DNA from: Deltaproteobacteria bacterium
GTDB lineage: Bacteria > Desulfobacterota > JBBIRW01
NCBI GenBank assembly: GCA_037441565.1
Contig: JBBIRW010000007.1
Location: 43,297 to 107,296 of the forward strand
Reading direction: 5' to 3'
DNA: 64,000 nt
The notes under the pieces are model-generated. The model was not told the origin of the DNA. It worked only from the letters and a program-made list of their open reading frames with translations, and did no database searches. Of this stretch, positions 48,940 to 58,426 are shown in pieces. Position 1 is the stretch's first letter, and each line of letters starts with the position of its first letter. Made by a program: the position numbers and the translations under genes.

Positions 48940-49683
48940 TCAAGCTTTTAGAAAGCTATACGGGAGGATATAAACCAATGAAAGAATGAGAAGCCATAGA
49001 CCATCAACAAAATGCCAGTAGTATCCGCAAATCCTTACAACACTTCTACGAATTCCTCCAGCTCCTTTTCTAATTGAAAGAAGCAGAATATAAAGCTGAA
49101 ACAAAACACCCACAAGAACATGGGAGCCGTGAAGACCTGTTATCAGATAAAAATATGTTCCGTAGGAGTTACTTGTAATAGTTAATCCTTCAGATATAAG
49201 CCTGCTCCATTCCCTTGCCTGTCCCATAAGAAAAAGAAGGCCAAGCACAATTGTCAAGGAAAGCCATTGCTTCATGTATTTCCTTTCAGCCATCTGAATT
49301 GTTACACTCGAGGAAATAAGAATGACTGTCAGGATCATTGCAAAACCAAGTGGTGGAATGTCTGCTGGTATTCCTGGAGATATCCATTCCCCTTTGGGAA
49401 GCATGCTGTATAAGTATGCGCTTAAAACTCCGCTAAAGAGTGCGATCTCAGATAGGATAAAAACCACCATTGCCGTAGTGCTGATCCTTTCTTCTGAATC
49501 CGATTCGAATACCTCGGATACCCATCCTGTGAGGCTTATGATTGTGCCCGCAGCACCCAGACAGGCTGTAAAAAGGCCTCCGACAGGAATCTTCCACTGA
49601 AATGAGATCATAAAACCCATCATGATGAGGAATGATGAAAAAGCTGTAAAAAATGGCCAGATGCTTACAAATTGAGTATGCAT
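48940..49683 (-). CDS. ctaE: cytochrome c oxidase subunit III (second copy)
   Basis: 247 aa polytopic protein; subunit-III C-terminal pattern (GLHGSHVLVGV, YYWHFVDGLWLL). Confidence 0.75.
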   Translation of the reverse strand: MHTQFVSIWPFFTAFSSFLIMMGFMISFQWKIPVGGLFTACLGAAGTIISLTGWVSEVFESDSEERISTTAMVVFILSEIALFSGVLSAYLYSMLPKGEWISPGIPADIPPLGFAMILTVILISSSVTIQMAERKYMKQWLSLTIVLGLLFLMGQAREWSRLISEGLTITSNSYGTYFYLITGLHGSHVLVGVLFQLYILLLSIRKGAGGIRRSVVRICGYYWHFVDGLWLLILSLVYILPYSFLKA

Positions 49684-49736
49684 CCTTCACCCCCATAAAA
49701 TGGGATAATATTTGTCCAGTTTAAACACAAAAATTT

Positions 49737-50138
49737 TTATATTCTATTAGAAAGCATTTTGAAGTTTATCCTGCTAAGTCTTCCTTCCATTTCCTTCCTC
49801 ATTTCAACCCATACTGGATGAACAGAACAGCTGTTGCTAAGAGTGCACAATCTTTTGTTGATAGCACACCTGTTAAATGCAACGGGGCCATCTATTGCCT
49901 GGATTACATCCAGAAGATTTATCTCCTCCAGCCTTCTTGCCAGCTGAAAACCCCCCTTTATGCCACGGTATGATCTCACCAGCCCTACCCTTGTAAGTTT
50001 TTGCAGAATCTTTGAAAGAAAATCCCTGGGGATCCTTTTCGCCCTTGCAATCTCCTTCGCCATTGTTATCTTTCCCTCATTCTCAGCAAGGTATAACACA
50101 CATCTGATAGCGTAATCTGCCTGCCTTGTAATCTGCAT
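49737..50138 (-). CDS. Rrf2-family transcriptional regulator (IscR/NsrR-like, three conserved Cys)
   Basis: wHTH N-terminus (ADYAIRCVLYLA) and Cys triad (CAINKRLCTLSNSC); start moved to ATG 50138 because the track start at 50150 is a TTG. Confidence 0.8.
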   Translation of the reverse strand: MQITRQADYAIRCVLYLAENEGKITMAKEIARAKRIPRDFLSKILQKLTRVGLVRSYRGIKGGFQLARRLEEINLLDVIQAIDGPVAFNRCAINKRLCTLSNSCSVHPVWVEMRKEMEGRLSRINFKMLSNRI

Positions 50139-50325
50139 AATACAGGACAAAATTTATCCTCTTTTGATCAATTATGTCAAGAAAATTATTTTTTAAGGAT
50201 GCCTCCTAATTAACCGGGTAATTTCTGTAGGTTAAAAATAAAGGGATGGGCTAATTTTTTTTACCCCCTGGAAGTAAAAATTTTATATAATAAAAGATGG
50301 CAGATGGAAAGGAAAGGATCCTTCC

Positions 50326-50886
50326 ATGGTAGAGATAAGATTTCATGGGAGAGGGGGACAGGGTGCGGTCACCAGCGCGGAACTACTTGCACTTGCTGCC
50401 ATTGAAGAAGGAAAATTTGCACAGGCCATACCAAGTTTTGGTCCTGAAAGGAGAGGCGCTCCTGTTGCTGCATATGTAAGGATAAGCAGAAACAGGATAA
50501 AATATAGATTCGGGATTTACAATCCCGATATAGTCGTTGTTCTTGATCCAAGCCTTTTAGGTCTTCCTATTGTCAAATCAGGCCTTAAAGAGGATGGTGT
50601 CCTCGTTGTCAACACTCATGAATCGGAAGATGAGGTCAGGGAAAGTATTAAGTATGATGGCACGCTTGCCATTGTTGATGCCTCTTCTATTGCAATAAAG
50701 ACCCTTGGAATCCCTGTCACCAATACCTGTATGCTTGGGGCGCTTCTGAAAGCCTCAGAAGTTGTTTCCCTTGAATCCTTTTTTAACCCTATGAAACAGA
50801 AGTTCAAAGGGGCAGCGGAGAAAAATCTCGATGCAATGAAACAGTCCTATAATGAAACAATAATTTTTAAAAAGAGGCTCTTATGA
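50326..50886 (+). CDS. porG: pyruvate/2-oxoacid:ferredoxin oxidoreductase gamma subunit
   Basis: 186 aa; typical gamma N-terminus (IRFHGRGGQGAVTSAELLA). Confidence 0.85.
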   Translation: MVEIRFHGRGGQGAVTSAELLALAAIEEGKFAQAIPSFGPERRGAPVAAYVRISRNRIKYRFGIYNPDIVVVLDPSLLGLPIVKSGLKEDGVLVVNTHESEDEVRESIKYDGTLAIVDASSIAIKTLGIPVTNTCMLGALLKASEVVSLESFFNPMKQKFKGAAEKNLDAMKQSYNETIIFKKRLL

Positions 50887-51179
50887 AATTTAAACCTGCT
50901 CATGAATTAGGATGGAAGGAACTTAAGCCGGGATATATAATAGATGATCCCGGCAATTCAATTCATTATAAAACGGGAAGCTGGAGATCGCGCCTTCCTG
51001 TCTGGGATTACTCCCGATGCATCAAATGTGGTATATGTTACATTTTCTGTCCTGACAACGCTGTTATCCAGAGATCAGATAGATACTTTGAAGTTGATCT
51101 CGATTTCTGCAAAGGTTGCGGAATCTGTGCCAGAGAATGCTACACCCAATGTATAACAATGAAAGAGGAAAGGGTTTAG
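50883..51179 (+). CDS. porD: pyruvate/2-oxoacid:ferredoxin oxidoreductase delta subunit (2x[4Fe-4S])
   Basis: 98 aa; two ferredoxin motifs (CIKCGICYIFCP, CKGCGICARECY); 4-nt overlap with porG. Confidence 0.85.
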   Translation: MKFKPAHELGWKELKPGYIIDDPGNSIHYKTGSWRSRLPVWDYSRCIKCGICYIFCPDNAVIQRSDRYFEVDLDFCKGCGICARECYTQCITMKEERV

Positions 51180-51181
51180 AT

Positions 51182-52357
51182 ATGGGAAAGGTTGTCGGGA
51201 TGGAGATAAGTATTGCTGCTGCTGAGGCTGTAAAGCAGTGCAATGTGGATGTTATCTCAGCATATCCTATAACCCCCCAAACACATATAGTTGAAAAATT
51301 AAGTGAATTTGTAGCAAATGGTGAGCTTGATGCAGAATTTATACCGGTTGAGAGCGAACATAGTGCATTGAGTGTTTGTGTTGGTTCATCTGCATGTGGG
51401 GCAAGGACATTTACCTGCACAAGTTCTCAAGGCCTCATTTTGATGAGTGAAATCGTCTATATAACCTCTGCAATGAGGCTTCCGGTTTTTATGATCCTTG
51501 CAAACAGATCCCTTTCTGCACCTCTTTCCATATGGGTTGATCATTCTGATGTTATGTCAATAAGGGATTGTGGATGGATTCAGGTCTTTGCAGCCAATGG
51601 TCAGGAGGTTTACGATCATGTATTTCATGCATTCAAAGTAAGCGAAAATGAATCTGTTCTTCTTCCATATATACTCAACATAGATGGATTCATACTCACC
51701 CATGTTGTTGAACCGATAGAACTCATTGATCAGGAAATTGTAGATAAATATCTTCCTCCATTTAATCCACCATACAGGCTTGATCCTGATAGACCATTAA
51801 CGATGGGTGCTTATGGTGTTCCTGAAGTTTATATGGAATCAAAGATGGCACAGGACATGGCATTGAAAAATGCTTTTCCTTATATCATTAATGCATGGAA
51901 AGAATTCGGAGACCTCACTGGAAGATACTATAATCCCGTTGAAACATATAGATCTGAAGATGCAGACATACTTCTTGTGACAATGGGTTCTATGGGTGAA
52001 ACAGCAGAGGTTGCTGTTGATGAATTAAGGGAAGACAATATTGCTGCAGGTATTGTGAAAATAAGGCTATGGAGGCCATTCCCTTACGAGGATTTTATAA
52101 ACAAGGTATCAAGGGCGCAGATCCTTGTTGTTGTTGACAGATCACTTTCCTATGGAGGACCTGGTGGTCCAGTGGCATCAGAAATAAGGGGTGCACTCTA
52201 CCACCTTGATAAGAGACCATATGTTATGAATTTTATTGCCGGTCTTGGGGGAAGGGACATCACGATTAATGATTTCAAAGAAATGATCGATCATGCAATC
52301 AAAAATGCACATAAATCAAGGCAGGAAGATTATATTTTATTTGGGACAAGGGAGTGA
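51182..52357 (+). CDS. porA: pyruvate/2-oxoacid:ferredoxin oxidoreductase alpha subunit
   Basis: Start at internal ATG 51182 (MGKVVGMEISIAAAEAV); conserved alpha motifs (ISAYPITPQT). Confidence 0.85.
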   Translation: MGKVVGMEISIAAAEAVKQCNVDVISAYPITPQTHIVEKLSEFVANGELDAEFIPVESEHSALSVCVGSSACGARTFTCTSSQGLILMSEIVYITSAMRLPVFMILANRSLSAPLSIWVDHSDVMSIRDCGWIQVFAANGQEVYDHVFHAFKVSENESVLLPYILNIDGFILTHVVEPIELIDQEIVDKYLPPFNPPYRLDPDRPLTMGAYGVPEVYMESKMAQDMALKNAFPYIINAWKEFGDLTGRYYNPVETYRSEDADILLVTMGSMGETAEVAVDELREDNIAAGIVKIRLWRPFPYEDFINKVSRAQILVVVDRSLSYGGPGGPVASEIRGALYHLDKRPYVMNFIAGLGGRDITINDFKEMIDHAIKNAHKSRQEDYILFGTRE

Positions 52358-52364
52358 AACAAAA

Positions 52365-53303
52365 ATGATAAATTATACTGTATATGTTCCAAACCTCTTA
52401 ACAAAAAAAGAATACTTCGCTGCAGGACATAGAGCATGCCAGGGATGTGGCCTTGCTCTTGCTGTGCGCTACACAATGAAAGCTGCTGGTGAGAATGTTA
52501 TTGTTGCAAATGCAACTGGATGTCTTGAAATCATATCAACCCCTATCCCTTACACATCATGGTGCGTTCCCTGGATACATGTTGCCTTTGAAAATGCAGC
52601 AGCTGTTATATCAGGTGTTGAGGCTGCTTATAAGGTGATGGAAAGAAAAGGAAGAATAAAAAAGAGAAAGATATATTTCCTTACCCTTGCAGGAGACGGA
52701 GGAACAACGGATATAGGTCTTCAGGCACTGAGTGGTGCGATGGAGAGGTTTCACAATTTTACCTATATCTGCTTCGATAATGAGGCATACATGAATACGG
52801 GAATTCAGAGATCAGGCTCAACCCCATTTGGTGCACATACAACAACATCACCTGCTGGAAGTGTAAAACGCGGTCAGAGCACCTGGAAAAAGGATATGCC
52901 GGCAATATGCGTTGCTCACAATATTCCTTATGTTGCAACAGCAAACATCAGTTATCCCTTTGATCTTATGGAAAAGATTAAAAAGGCACTTGAAACAGAG
53001 GGCCCATCATATGTTCATGTGCTTTCTGTTTGCCCAACTGGATGGGGACATCCTCCTGATGATACCATTAAAATTGGAAGGCTTGCAACAGAAACAGGTA
53101 TATTTCCACTCTATGAAGTAGTAAATGGGAGATATAGATTAACAATTGATTTTCCGGATCTCAAGCCTGTTGAAGAATATCTCCATGCACAGGCAAGATT
53201 CAAACATCTCAGGGATGAGGAAATAAGATATATTCAGGAGAGGGTTCATAAGGAATATAAAAAATTAAGAAGACTTCAGGAAATAACACAAAAGATGGAA
53301 TAA
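52365..53303 (+). CDS. porB: pyruvate/2-oxoacid:ferredoxin oxidoreductase beta subunit (TPP-binding)
   Basis: Start at internal ATG 52365 (MINYTVYVP); Cys ligands CQGCG and TPP-binding GDGG motif. Confidence 0.85.
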   Translation: MINYTVYVPNLLTKKEYFAAGHRACQGCGLALAVRYTMKAAGENVIVANATGCLEIISTPIPYTSWCVPWIHVAFENAAAVISGVEAAYKVMERKGRIKKRKIYFLTLAGDGGTTDIGLQALSGAMERFHNFTYICFDNEAYMNTGIQRSGSTPFGAHTTTSPAGSVKRGQSTWKKDMPAICVAHNIPYVATANISYPFDLMEKIKKALETEGPSYVHVLSVCPTGWGHPPDDTIKIGRLATETGIFPLYEVVNGRYRLTIDFPDLKPVEEYLHAQARFKHLRDEEIRYIQERVHKEYKKLRRLQEITQKME

Positions 53304-53307
53304 GAAT

Positions 53308-53781
53308 ATGATCAAGCTTACAAATATCAGGGGAAAGGTTGACAGAATTATTGACATTTATAACGGCGACAGGGGTCAGATCGTTTCAATCCTTCAGGAT
53401 ATTCAGGAAGAATATCTTTATCTTCCCAGAAAAGCACTTGAGTATATAAGTGAAAGATTAAACATTCCACTTTCTCAGCTATACAGTGTGGCAACTTTTT
53501 ATCGGGCAATGAGGCTAAAGCCCCGGGGAAGATATCTCATACGTGTTTGTCTCGGAACAGCATGTCATATAAGGGGTGGTCCATTAATACTGGAGAGAAT
53601 CGAGAGGGAGCTCGGCATTAAGGCTGGAGATACAAGCAGTGATATGAAATTTACCGTTGAAACAGTAAACTGTGTTGGAGCCTGTGCCCTTGGTCCTATA
53701 GTAATCTGCAATGACGAACTACGCTCTCATATGACAACAGTAAAGGCATTATCACTTATAAAAAAGCTCAAGAAGGATTGA
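53308..53781 (+). CDS. NuoE/HoxE-like [2Fe-2S] thioredoxin-like subunit
   Basis: 157 aa; two Cys pairs (CLGTACH, CVGACALGP) in the NuoE arrangement. Confidence 0.8.
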   Translation: MIKLTNIRGKVDRIIDIYNGDRGQIVSILQDIQEEYLYLPRKALEYISERLNIPLSQLYSVATFYRAMRLKPRGRYLIRVCLGTACHIRGGPLILERIERELGIKAGDTSSDMKFTVETVNCVGACALGPIVICNDELRSHMTTVKALSLIKKLKKD

Positions 53782-53784
53782 AAT

Positions 53785-55635
53785 ATGGAAAAGATAATAA
53801 AAACTCCTGATGATCTCGAAAGGAGAAGGAAAAAACTCCTGGAAGAGAGGCAACCTTCCAGAAAATGGATTGCAGTGCCCTGCGGAACATGCGGACTTGC
53901 AAATAGATCTGACCAGATACTTGAGGGATTGAAAACCTATATCAAAAAGGCGAAAGTTGATGTTGAAGTTAAGAAAACCGGATGTCAGGGGCTCTGCGAA
54001 TCACTTCCAAAGATAATCATCCATCCGGAAAAGATATTCTATCAGCATGTAAAACCATCTGATATCAAGAATATTGTTGAAGAAACATTGAAGAAAAACT
54101 CCTTGGTGGAGGAGCTCCTGTTCAGGGATCCTGGAACGGGTAATACCATCGTAAAATTTGACGATATCCCTATTATGAAAAAGCAACACAGGCTCCTCCT
54201 ATCCTATCACGAATGGATAGATCCTGAAGATATAGATGATTATATCGCATTATCCGGATATACATCCCTTGCAAAAGTTCTCTTTACCATGAAACCGGAT
54301 GAAGTTATCGAGATAATAAAGAAATCAGGATTGCGCGGAAGAGGAGGAGCAGGATTTCCAACAGGGATCAAATGGGAATCATGCAGAAAGGCGACGGGCG
54401 ACATAAAATATGTAATCTGTAACGCTGATGAAGGTGATCCCGGTGCATACATGGACAGGGCATTACTCGAGGGAAATCCACATCTTGTTATAGAAGGGAT
54501 GATCATAGGAGCCTATGCAATAGGTGCACAGCAAGGCTATGTTTATGTAAGGTGGGAATATCCTCTGGCTTTGAAGAATCTTATTAAAGCTATAAATAGC
54601 GCCAGGGAATACGGGCTTCTTGGTAAAAACATACTTGGAAGCGGTTTTGATTTTGATATAGGAGTAAACAGAGGTGGAGGTGCATTTGTTTGTGGTGAAT
54701 CAACTGCACTTATGGCATCAATGGAAGGAAAGCCAGGAGAGCCAAGGGCAAAATATATTCATACCGTTGAAAAGGGGCTCTACAATAGACCAACAACACT
54801 CAACAATGTTGAGACATGGGCGAATGTCCCGATAATAATAGAAAGGGGTCTTGAATACTACACCTCAATCGGCAATGAAAATAATAAGGGAACAAAGATC
54901 TTTTCGCTTGCCGGCAAAGTCAACTATACAGGTCTTATCGAGGTCCCCCTTGGAATAAAACTGAGAGATATCATATTTGATATTGGCGGTGGAATAAAGG
55001 AAAATAGAAAATTTAAGGCAGTTCAGACAGGAGGCCCTCTCGGCGGTATCCTTGGAGAGAAGCATCTCGATCTTCCTGTTGATTTTGACAGTTTAAGCAA
55101 GGTTGGTTCAATGATGGGAAGCGGAGGAATGATTGTAATGGATGAAACAAACTGTATGGTTGATGTCGCAAAGTACTTCCTTAGATTCCTTGAGGAGGAA
55201 TCATGTGGAAAGTGCGTTCCTTGCAGGGAAGGAGTCAGGAGAATGAGAGAAGTTCTTGATGAAATCTCATCAGGGCGAGGGAACGATGCATATATTCAGC
55301 TTCTTGAGGAGATGGGAAGTGCAATCATGGATGGAAGTCTCTGTGCTCTGGGCGGTTCTGCACCCAATCCTGTTATGACAACAATAAAATATTTTCCCGA
55401 AGAATACCATTCACATATTTACAACAGAAAATGTCCTGCAGGTGTTTGCAAAGATCTCATTACATACTCTATCGATCCCGATAAATGCAACGGATGTGCT
55501 GCCTGCATTCCCGTATGTCCTGAAAAATGTATAACTGGGGTGAAGAACAAACCCCATATCCTTGATCCTGTTAACTGCATAAAGTGTGGATCCTGTTATG
55601 ATGTATGTAGATATGATGCTGTTCTCAGGCATTAG
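53785..55635 (+). CDS. NuoF/HoxF-like NAD(P)H-binding FMN flavoprotein with extra FeS domains
   Basis: 616 aa; N-terminal thioredoxin-like Cys domain, FMN/NADH motif GRGGAGFPTGIKWE, cluster motif ESCGKCVPCREG, C-terminal 2x[4Fe-4S] ferredoxin (CNGCAACIPVCP, CIKCGSCYDVC). Confidence 0.85.
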   Translation: MEKIIKTPDDLERRRKKLLEERQPSRKWIAVPCGTCGLANRSDQILEGLKTYIKKAKVDVEVKKTGCQGLCESLPKIIIHPEKIFYQHVKPSDIKNIVEETLKKNSLVEELLFRDPGTGNTIVKFDDIPIMKKQHRLLLSYHEWIDPEDIDDYIALSGYTSLAKVLFTMKPDEVIEIIKKSGLRGRGGAGFPTGIKWESCRKATGDIKYVICNADEGDPGAYMDRALLEGNPHLVIEGMIIGAYAIGAQQGYVYVRWEYPLALKNLIKAINSAREYGLLGKNILGSGFDFDIGVNRGGGAFVCGESTALMASMEGKPGEPRAKYIHTVEKGLYNRPTTLNNVETWANVPIIIERGLEYYTSIGNENNKGTKIFSLAGKVNYTGLIEVPLGIKLRDIIFDIGGGIKENRKFKAVQTGGPLGGILGEKHLDLPVDFDSLSKVGSMMGSGGMIVMDETNCMVDVAKYFLRFLEEESCGKCVPCREGVRRMREVLDEISSGRGNDAYIQLLEEMGSAIMDGSLCALGGSAPNPVMTTIKYFPEEYHSHIYNRKCPAGVCKDLITYSIDPDKCNGCAACIPVCPEKCITGVKNKPHILDPVNCIKCGSCYDVCRYDAVLRH

Positions 55636-55650
55636 GAGAAGGAGATTGGC

Positions 55651-56370
55651 ATGTCTGATGGAAAAACAGTAACTTTAACAATAGATGGAAAGACGATAAG
55701 ATCAAGGGAAGGAATGTATGTTCTTGAAGTTGCAAGGGAGAACAATATTCAAATTCCAACACTTTGCTATCATGAATCATTAGCACCATCCGGCTCATGC
55801 AGACTCTGTGTTGTTGAGGCAAAACGCGATAATTCATCAAGGATTGTTGCATCATGTCTTTATCCTGTTTCAGATGGTCTCGAAATATTAACAAATAGTG
55901 AAAGAGTTCTGGCCGTAAGAAAGCTTGTTGTAGAACTCCTTTATGCAAGATGCCCGAATGTTCCGTTTGTAAAAAATCTTGCAAATGAGTTTGGAATAAA
56001 GGAACCAAGGTTTGCAAAGGAGAATGATGACTGCATACTGTGCGGCCTCTGCGTTCGCGCATGCGATGAAATCGTGGGTGTTAAGGCTATCTCTATGGTA
56101 AGCAGAGGGGCAAAAAAAGAGGTAAACACACCCTTTGGAACCGCATCGGATGTATGCATAGGTTGTGCAACGTGCGCATATATATGTCCTACAAAGAGAA
56201 TAAAGGTTGAGGAGAAGGATGGATACAGGAAGATCTGGTATAAGAAATTTAAAATTGTCAATTGCAGGAAGTGCGGATTTCCCATAGGTCCGAAAGAACA
56301 GCTTTCTTACTTTATTAAAATTGCCAAACTACCTGATAATTTTTACGACCTTTGTCCGAGCTGCAGGTGA
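55651..56370 (+). CDS. HoxU / NuoG-N-terminal-like FeS subunit ([2Fe-2S] + [4Fe-4S])
   Basis: 239 aa; plant-type 2Fe-2S pattern (CYH...CRLC...C), then CILCGLCVRAC and CIGCATCAYICP; no molybdopterin domain. Confidence 0.75.
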   Translation: MSDGKTVTLTIDGKTIRSREGMYVLEVARENNIQIPTLCYHESLAPSGSCRLCVVEAKRDNSSRIVASCLYPVSDGLEILTNSERVLAVRKLVVELLYARCPNVPFVKNLANEFGIKEPRFAKENDDCILCGLCVRACDEIVGVKAISMVSRGAKKEVNTPFGTASDVCIGCATCAYICPTKRIKVEEKDGYRKIWYKKFKIVNCRKCGFPIGPKEQLSYFIKIAKLPDNFYDLCPSCR

Positions 56371-56888
56371 CGTAAATACCATATGAGAAAGGCATGATAT
56401 ATGAAATTTTTCTTTGAGACAGAATCAGCGAAGGCATCTTCTTCCTCAAAAGGAAGCGAGTCAAAATTCCTCAATAGATAAGCAGAAAAGACCCCACTTC
56501 CCGATCCCACCATATCACCATTTCTGTTGTAAATAGCCACATTCCTAAGCCCACAACTTGGCGATTTACTCTTAAGTATAAATCCGCAAATACCCATACT
56601 CTCAAGCTCCTTAGACTTCCCTATCATATATTTCCGAAAAATATCACTTAAATCCCTATTTTCACGGATAGTTATAATCCTTATACCACCTCTTCCTTTT
56701 ACAAGATGAATAGGCTCCCTCGGCACACCCAAACCTGCTTCCTCTTCGGGACAGAAAGGAATCCATCTGAATATTTTTCCAAGAACTTCAACTATGAAGG
56801 GGTTATACCTGTGTGTTCCATCATATCTAACCCTGTTCCCAAGCAAACATGAAGAGATGGCAATTGGGATCAAAATATTCTTTTTCAT
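56343..56888 (-). CDS. DUF523-family protein (TudS-like)
   Basis: 181 aa; N-terminal ISSCLLGNRVRYDG pattern typical of DUF523. Confidence 0.55.
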   Translation of the reverse strand: MKKNILIPIAISSCLLGNRVRYDGTHRYNPFIVEVLGKIFRWIPFCPEEEAGLGVPREPIHLVKGRGGIRIITIRENRDLSDIFRKYMIGKSKELESMGICGFILKSKSPSCGLRNVAIYNRNGDMVGSGSGVFSAYLLRNFDSLPFEEEDAFADSVSKKNFIYHAFLIWYLRHLQLGQRS

Positions 56889-56913
56889 ATATTAATAGGA
56901 TTTCCGTCGGTAA

Positions 56914-57708
56914 TTATTCTCCGATCTTCGGTATTGTTCCCCTCTCAAGCGCGTTCCTCCAGCTCTGATAAAAAATTCTAAGGGAAATTAAAATGTAGAT
57001 CCCATTCAACACCGCAGCAGTAAGCATCAGCTTAAATGGGAATGGAGATCCGTTTATCACAATCCTCATCGCTTCAAATGAATAGGAAGAAGGGATAATC
57101 ATTGCAATAACCCTTAAAAATCCTGGAAGTGTATCCACAGGGTAAAAGACAGCTGAAAAAGGCATAAAAAGAAAAGCAAGCGCCCATGCAAGCACCTCTG
57201 CCTCCTGACCAAATCTCAGTATAAGAGAAACCGTTATGATACCTATTGACCAACCCATAGCAACAAGGTTTACCGTTAAGGGAAGGAGTGATAATCCCAT
57301 TTTAAATATATTAAAAGAGTAAAGTATGCCTGCTATGAAGGACATCATAAAGAAGGCAATAATAACTTTCAAGACACTGACGAGTATAAGTCCAAGGAGA
57401 TATTCACTAATTGTCAGGGGAGATATGAAGACATTAACAAGATTCCTCGCCCATATGTCTTCAAGGAAGGAGAGCGATATTCCCTGCTGGGCCCTGAAAA
57501 GGATGTCCCAGAGTATAAGTGCACCAAGGAAAAATGAAACAAAAGGAGGCAGTTCCTTTGAGCTCCTTAAAAGATAAACAGTAACAAAACCCCAGAGAAG
57601 TATATCAATTGCAGGCCAGTAGAAAACCTCGAGTATCCTTGCAAAACTCCTTCTGTAAAGGAATGCCTGTCTGATAACCACTGCACCAACCCTTTTAAAA
57701 TTCATCAT
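56914..57708 (-). CDS. ABC-2-type transporter permease
   Basis: Six-TM permease; start set at internal ATG about 57708 (MMNFKRVGA), small overlap with the ATPase gene. Confidence 0.7.
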   Translation of the reverse strand: MMNFKRVGAVVIRQAFLYRRSFARILEVFYWPAIDILLWGFVTVYLLRSSKELPPFVSFFLGALILWDILFRAQQGISLSFLEDIWARNLVNVFISPLTISEYLLGLILVSVLKVIIAFFMMSFIAGILYSFNIFKMGLSLLPLTVNLVAMGWSIGIITVSLILRFGQEAEVLAWALAFLFMPFSAVFYPVDTLPGFLRVIAMIIPSSYSFEAMRIVINGSPFPFKLMLTAAVLNGIYILISLRIFYQSWRNALERGTIPKIGE

Positions 57709-58414
57709 AGAGACTCCTGAAAAAGAATCCCTCAAGTGTTCCATATCTTTGTATAAGAACTGATTTCTCCTCGATAGCGACGATCTTCCCTTTCTCAAGA
57801 AAGAGTATCCTGTCCGAAATCTCTTCAATATCCCTGAGATTGTGTGATGTATATATTATCGAAACGCCCTTCTCAATGCACATCCTTCTGAGAAGCTTCC
57901 TTATCCTTAATGCTATTTCGGGATCCAGACTTGCTGCAGGCTCATCAAGAAGAAGTATCTGAGGATCGTTGATCATACATTTTGCAAGGGCAAGTCTCAT
58001 CATCTGTCCCGATGAAAGTCTTCGTGATGGTCGATTGGATACATCTGTCAGTTCAAAGAGTTCCAGAACCTCTCTGCACCTTTTTTCAGGATGATTAACA
58101 TTATAAACCAATGCATAAACAAGAAGATTCTCCCACGGTGTTAGCGAAAGAGGTAGACTTACATAGTTTGAGGCAAAGTTTACATGATGAAGGATTTCTG
58201 CTCTGTTCTTTTTAAGATCCTTACCGAATACCTCCACATATCCCTCATCAGGGGTTATCAATCCAAGGAGGATATGTATGAGTGTTGTTTTTCCTGCGCC
58301 ATTAGGACCGATAACACCAAGAACCTCCCCTTTCTTCAATTCAAAACTCACATTATCAAGTGCAACTGTTCCATTAAAGACCTTTCTTATCCTTTCTGCC
58401 TTTAAGATGACCAT
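57695..58414 (-). CDS. ABC transporter ATP-binding protein
   Basis: 239 aa; Walker A GPNGAGKTT, signature LSSGQ, Walker B LLLDEP. Confidence 0.85.
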   Translation of the reverse strand: MVILKAERIRKVFNGTVALDNVSFELKKGEVLGVIGPNGAGKTTLIHILLGLITPDEGYVEVFGKDLKKNRAEILHHVNFASNYVSLPLSLTPWENLLVYALVYNVNHPEKRCREVLELFELTDVSNRPSRRLSSGQMMRLALAKCMINDPQILLLDEPAASLDPEIALRIRKLLRRMCIEKGVSIIYTSHNLRDIEEISDRILFLEKGKIVAIEEKSVLIQRYGTLEGFFFRSLYDEF

Positions 58415-58426
58415 AAACGCCTCACA

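Noticed and set aside
55625-56285. Minus-strand ORFs of 145 and 114 aa overlapping the NuoF-like and HoxU-like genes
   Set aside because: Antisense to genes with clear FeS and FMN motifs; no recognisable domain; treated as frame artefacts.
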